Origin: an uncultured Barnesiella sp.
GTDB lineage: Bacteria; Bacteroidota; Bacteroidia; Bacteroidales; Barnesiellaceae
Assembly: GCA_944320995.1 (NCBI GenBank)
Contig: CALUJQ010000009.1
Coordinates: 13,392 to 77,391 of the forward strand
Direction: 5' to 3'
DNA length: 64,000 bases
How positions within the stretch are numbered: the stretch's first letter is position 1; every line of letters begins with the position of its first letter. The notes under the pieces are model-generated. The model was not told the DNA's origin and made no database searches. It was given only the letters and a program-made list of their open reading frames with translations. The translations under genes were made by a program, and so were the position numbers. Shown here piece by piece: positions 60,175-64,000 of this stretch.

Positions 60175-60340
60175 ATATCGTATAAATTTTATCTTTATCC
60201 AATTTGTTTCATTGTTTTCCGGCAGGCCACCGCACCAAACTCATGAAATGAGCCCTATGCCTAAGGCGACCTTGCAGCCATACTTTACTCGACAAAGGTA
60301 CAAAAATAGTTCTTTCTCAAAAGAAAAACCTTGCCGGCAA

Positions 60341-61135
60341 TTATAAAACGATTTTCCCCGGTTTGTCGGACAGCCGGGAGAATAGGGCTTCGACAATAAT
60401 TGGATTTCCGGCTACAATGGCGATTTTGCGATCGTTACGGAACGACCGTACCACGCCGCCGGCTTCGGTAACGATGAGCATGCCGGCACAAACGTCCCAC
60501 AGATTCAAATTGAATTCCCAGTATCCGTCGAAAAATCCGGCGGCCACGCCACACAGGTCATATGCGGCCGAGCCAAACCGCCGCACACCTCGTACTGTGG
60601 GCAGAATGCGGGCTAAATTGTCGAGATTATTATCGGGATTACGGTCCTTGTCGATAGGAAAGCCCGTAACTACTACCGACTGCTGGGTATCGCTCTTCGC
60701 GGCTACCCGAATGGGACGGCCGTTCAACATCGCACCTCCCCCTTTACAAGCCTCATACAACTCGTTCAGATAAGGAGCATATACCACTCCCAAAATTGTC
60801 TCGCCCTTGTGTTGCAATCCGATAGAGACGGTAAAGACAGGTAGCCCTTGGCTATAATTGGTTGTCCCGTCCAACGGGTCTATGACCCAACAATACTCCA
60901 TATCGCCCGGGTGCATGCCGCTCTCCTCTCCCAAAATGGCATGATGGGGATACACTCGTGAAATTTCGCCGATAATATACCGTTCACTCTCTTTGTCGGC
61001 TACGGTAACAATATCGTGCTGGTTGAATTTCGTTTCGATATTCAAATGATTCCCGCGGAAATAAGAGAGTTGTATTTTACCCGCCTCTTTTGCACAACTC
61101 CGAGCAAATGCGAGCAGTTGTTCCAATTTATCCAT
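60341..61135 (-). CDS. suhB: Inositol monophosphatase family protein
   Basis: ILGEESG, WVIDPLDGTTNY, RRFGSAAYD, WDVCAG. Confidence 0.93.
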   Translation of the reverse strand: MDKLEQLLAFARSCAKEAGKIQLSYFRGNHLNIETKFNQHDIVTVADKESERYIIGEISRVYPHHAILGEESGMHPGDMEYCWVIDPLDGTTNYSQGLPVFTVSIGLQHKGETILGVVYAPYLNELYEACKGGGAMLNGRPIRVAAKSDTQQSVVVTGFPIDKDRNPDNNLDNLARILPTVRGVRRFGSAAYDLCGVAAGFFDGYWEFNLNLWDVCAGMLIVTEAGGVVRSFRNDRKIAIVAGNPIIVEALFSRLSDKPGKIVL

Positions 61136-61212
61136 TTCTATTGAATATTAAACCCGACTCTATTCCCGGGAAAGGGAATAAAGCCGGGCGACTTTTTATC
61201 GTCGATACTTTT

Positions 61213-61689
61213 TTAATCCAAATCCTCTACCTCTTCAATGGGAAGTTGGCGACGGAAAATCTCGCGGAACGAAATCAACGTTTCGGTACGGGACAACCCG
61301 ATAGGTTGCAATTTGGTATGAATGATTTCGAGCAAATGTTGGTTATTACGGGCAAACAATTTGATAAACATATCATACTGTCCTGTCGTAAAATGGCACT
61401 CCACTACCTCGGGAATTTTACGCAACTCCTCTACCACATGGGAGAAATCACCCGGATTTTTCAAATAGAAACCCATATAGGCACACGTTTCAAAACCTAT
61501 CTTATTGGAATCAATGATATACTCCGAACCTTTCAAGATACCTAAATTTACCAATTTTTGCACTCGTTGATGAATTGCCGCTCCCGATACATTGCACTCC
61601 CGTGCTACTTCCAAAAAGGGGATACGAGCATTTGACGCTATAAGTTTCAGAATCTTATAGTCCAATTCGTCCAATTGATGATGTCCCAT
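61213..61689 (-). CDS. Lrp/AsnC family regulator
   Basis: LDELDYKIL..NARIPF..VS...HQRVQKL HTH; ECHFTTGQYD. Confidence 0.93.
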   Translation of the reverse strand: MGHHQLDELDYKILKLIASNARIPFLEVARECNVSGAAIHQRVQKLVNLGILKGSEYIIDSNKIGFETCAYMGFYLKNPGDFSHVVEELRKIPEVVECHFTTGQYDMFIKLFARNNQHLLEIIHTKLQPIGLSRTETLISFREIFRRQLPIEEVEDLD

Positions 61690-61927
61690 GTTTTTCGATT
61701 TTTCTACAACTATTTTATTATTTAGTTTACAAAGATAGTGATAAATTCATATTATTCGCCCAACAATCACGTTAAATTTATATGAAAATACTCTTTCCCC
61801 GGACTCTCACTCACCCGAGCGAACAAGTATAAGTTACAATTCGTAAGCAATATTCTCTTTTACAGGCTCGATTTCGATACAACAGGCTTTGAAACAAGAG
61901 CAATATTATATTTTGTTTTATACTTTT

Positions 61928-61966
61928 CTTTCCGTATCTTTGTAGAAGATAGGATACGGTTTGGCA
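61928..61966 (+). repeat. Degenerate single copy of the 56.2 kb repeat core, in the opposite orientation
   Basis: Reverse complement TGCCAAACCGTATCCTATCTTCTACAAAGATACGGAAAG versus TGCCGAGCCGCATCCTATTTTCTGTAAAGATAGCGAAAG in the array. Confidence 0.7.
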
Positions 61967-62046
61967 TGGCCAAGCGGAGACTGCCGTTTCCTTTTTCCAT
62001 GCCTCTCCCCTTGATTATCTTCGAATCGTCTTATAACCGACCTACT

Positions 62047-62619
62047 ATGATACAAATTTCGCCATTATCCACCCACGACGAAATCGCATTAAAATTCATA
62101 GCGCGTATCTACACCGAATCATTTCCACCGAACGAACGAAGGGAATTTTGCAATGTCGTGCGATTACTCGAAAAGAAGAACGATTTCTCTATTCTTCTTA
62201 TCTCAAGCGAGCATACGCCCATAGGCTTTATCTCCTATTGGGAATGGGACGACTTTATCTATATCGAACACTTTGCCGTGGACAGCCATTACCGAGGCGT
62301 CGGATATGGAGCTGCTGCCATAACCACGTTTTTAGAGCGTATGCACAAACCGGTTGTGTTGGAGGTCGAGATGCCATCGGACTCTATCAGCCAGCGGCGT
62401 ATCGGTTTTTACGAAAGAGTAGGGTTCTCCTTATGCACCCTCCCTTATATCCAACCTCCCTACGCCCCCGATAAAAAGCCTCTCGACCTTTACCTCATGT
62501 CATACGGGGAAATCGACCTGAATCGGAATTTCAACTCCGTCGCCTCTCAAATACACCAAGAAGTCTATGGAGTCTCAAATAAAAACTTGTCACAGACGGT
62601 GAATGCTCCCTTCAAATAA
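62047..62619 (+). CDS. GNAT family N-acetyltransferase
   Basis: YTESFPPNERR, YIEHFAVDSHYRGVGYG, RRIGFYERVGF. Confidence 0.9.
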   Translation: MIQISPLSTHDEIALKFIARIYTESFPPNERREFCNVVRLLEKKNDFSILLISSEHTPIGFISYWEWDDFIYIEHFAVDSHYRGVGYGAAAITTFLERMHKPVVLEVEMPSDSISQRRIGFYERVGFSLCTLPYIQPPYAPDKKPLDLYLMSYGEIDLNRNFNSVASQIHQEVYGVSNKNLSQTVNAPFK

Positions 62620-62740
62620 TTTCGATATGCAAAATGTTAAATCCGATATTTAACATATAAATTCGCGACAAAAAGAAGTCTCCTTAACAACATTATATTA
62701 TTTTTGTACAAAAATATGCCGTGAGGCAAAACGTTTGATT

Positions 62741-63619
62741 ATGAAAAAAGATTCTTTCCTAAAATATTGCCTATACATACTGCTATCTCTCTTTGCGGTA
62801 GCATGTTCTACCGGAGAACGGAAGCCGAAAATCGTTACCGTAACGATACAACCCCAAAAATACTTTGCCGAGAAAATCGCCGGAGACAGATTCGAGATTA
62901 ATTGTATCGTTCCTCCCGGCAGCAATCCCGAGGCATACGACCCCTCCCCCTCCCATCTCGTTCATTTAGGGAAAAGCATAGCTTATTTCAAAATCGGACA
63001 TATCGGTTTTGAATTGGCATGGATGGACAAACTGGCACAAAACAACCCGGATATGAAAATATTCGACAACTCGGAAGGTATCGATATTCTCTCGGGAACT
63101 CACGAACACAACGAAGAGGGTAATCATCACCACCATTTCGATGCCGATCCGCACTCATGGAGTTCGCCCAAGAATGCACGGATTATCGCACAAAACATGT
63201 ACAAGGCCTTCGTAAGCATCGATCCCAACGGGGAAAAAGAATTCCGCAAGAATTACGAGAATCTGTTACTCGAAATAAACAGGGTGGATTCCATCATGAC
63301 CCAACGGCTCGCTCCGGTAAGCGAAACCATGTTTGCCATCTACCACCCCTCCCTCAGCTATTTGGCAAAAGACTACAATCTGCACCAGCTAAGCCTCGAA
63401 TACAACGGGAAAGAGCCCTCGGCCTTTTATTTGAAGAAGGCAGTCGATATTGCCAAAAAGAATAACGTGAAGGTTATCTTTATCCAACAGGAATTCGATG
63501 CCAAACAAGCCGAATCGTTTGCCGCCGAGATTGGAGCCAAAGTAGTTCCTATCAACCCGCTCAGCTACAATTGGAGTGAAGAACTTTTACACATTACCGA
63601 TGCCATCGCTGGACAATAA
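62741..63619 (+). CDS. znuA: Metal (Zn) ABC transporter substrate-binding lipoprotein
   Basis: Lipobox FAVAC; NPEAYDP, His-rich loop, DPHSWSSP, YHPSLSY. Confidence 0.88.
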   Translation: MKKDSFLKYCLYILLSLFAVACSTGERKPKIVTVTIQPQKYFAEKIAGDRFEINCIVPPGSNPEAYDPSPSHLVHLGKSIAYFKIGHIGFELAWMDKLAQNNPDMKIFDNSEGIDILSGTHEHNEEGNHHHHFDADPHSWSSPKNARIIAQNMYKAFVSIDPNGEKEFRKNYENLLLEINRVDSIMTQRLAPVSETMFAIYHPSLSYLAKDYNLHQLSLEYNGKEPSAFYLKKAVDIAKKNNVKVIFIQQEFDAKQAESFAAEIGAKVVPINPLSYNWSEELLHITDAIAGQ

Positions 63620-64000
63620 AATAATCGCCGTAGAAGACCTATGGCTCTCATACGCCGACAAGAATGTCCTCGAAGATATAAATCTGGATATTTTTAAAGG
63701 GGATTTCCTTTTAGTCACCGGGCCTAACGGTGGCGGAAAGACCTCTTTGCTGCGTACCATTCTCGGCTTACAGAAACCGACAAAAGGGGAAATCCTCTTT
63801 TTTGAAAACGGAAGAACCGTATCTTCGCTCGACATCGGCTACCTACCCCAGAAAAACAGCATAGACAGCCGATTCCCCATTACGGTAAAAGAGGTAGTCG
63901 CTTCGGGGCTTATCGGAGAAAACCGGACAAAGGGAATCTCCGACAATAGCCGAATAGAGGAAATGCTCGACCTCATGGGTATATCGGCGTTACGCAATAA
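63600..64000 (+). CDS. znuC: Metal ABC transporter ATP-binding protein (partial, runs off the window end)
   Basis: Manual translation MPSLDNKIIAVEDLW...GPNGGGKT (Walker A)...IGYLPQK..DSRFPITV; overlaps the znuA stop. Confidence 0.88.
   Translation, partial: MPSLDNKIIAVEDLWLSYADKNVLEDINLDIFKGDFLLVTGPNGGGKTSLLRTILGLQKPTKGEILFFENGRTVSSLDIGYLPQKNSIDSRFPITVKEVVASGLIGENRTKGISDNSRIEEMLDLMGISALRN

Noticed and set aside
61213-61689. AsnC regulator as part of an asnA regulon locus
   Set aside because: It lies 20 kb from asnA, and I could not identify an operator from the sequence alone.

Overview
64 kb of a Bacteroidales chromosome. Gene content, TAnnTTTG -7 promoter boxes and roughly 50% GC suggest a Barnesiellaceae/Porphyromonadaceae-like gut organism (inference). 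Most of the window is housekeeping: Maf, KdsC-like phosphatase, DEAD helicase, RluA, FabG, hisGDCB, PiT/DUF47, MnmD, AsnA, HflX, DprA, TrpS, SuhB, ZnuA/C, tRNA-fMet and tRNA-Asp. Accessory blocks are: (i) a complete membrane-bound group 1 [NiFe]-hydrogenase locus with divergent hyp operons, whose small subunit carries the two extra cysteines of O2-tolerant enzymes; (ii) an L-rhamnose catabolic locus; (iii) a low-GC AccI-like type II restriction-modification cassette, with GTMKAC almost absent from the whole window by manual scan; (iv) a BACON lipoprotein gene broken by an in-frame TAG and an Ntn-hydrolase gene converging on a REP-like palindrome cluster. Non-coding highlights are a classical His-codon attenuator upstream of hisG, a likely paralogous-family sRNA at about 4.93-5.00 kb, REP doublets at 19 kb and 54.7 kb, a tandem repeat at 56.2 kb whose units carry -7 promoter boxes (another copy at 61.9 kb), and candidate structured leaders at 52.6 kb and upstream of trpS. 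All calls are from manual reading; no database searches were run.
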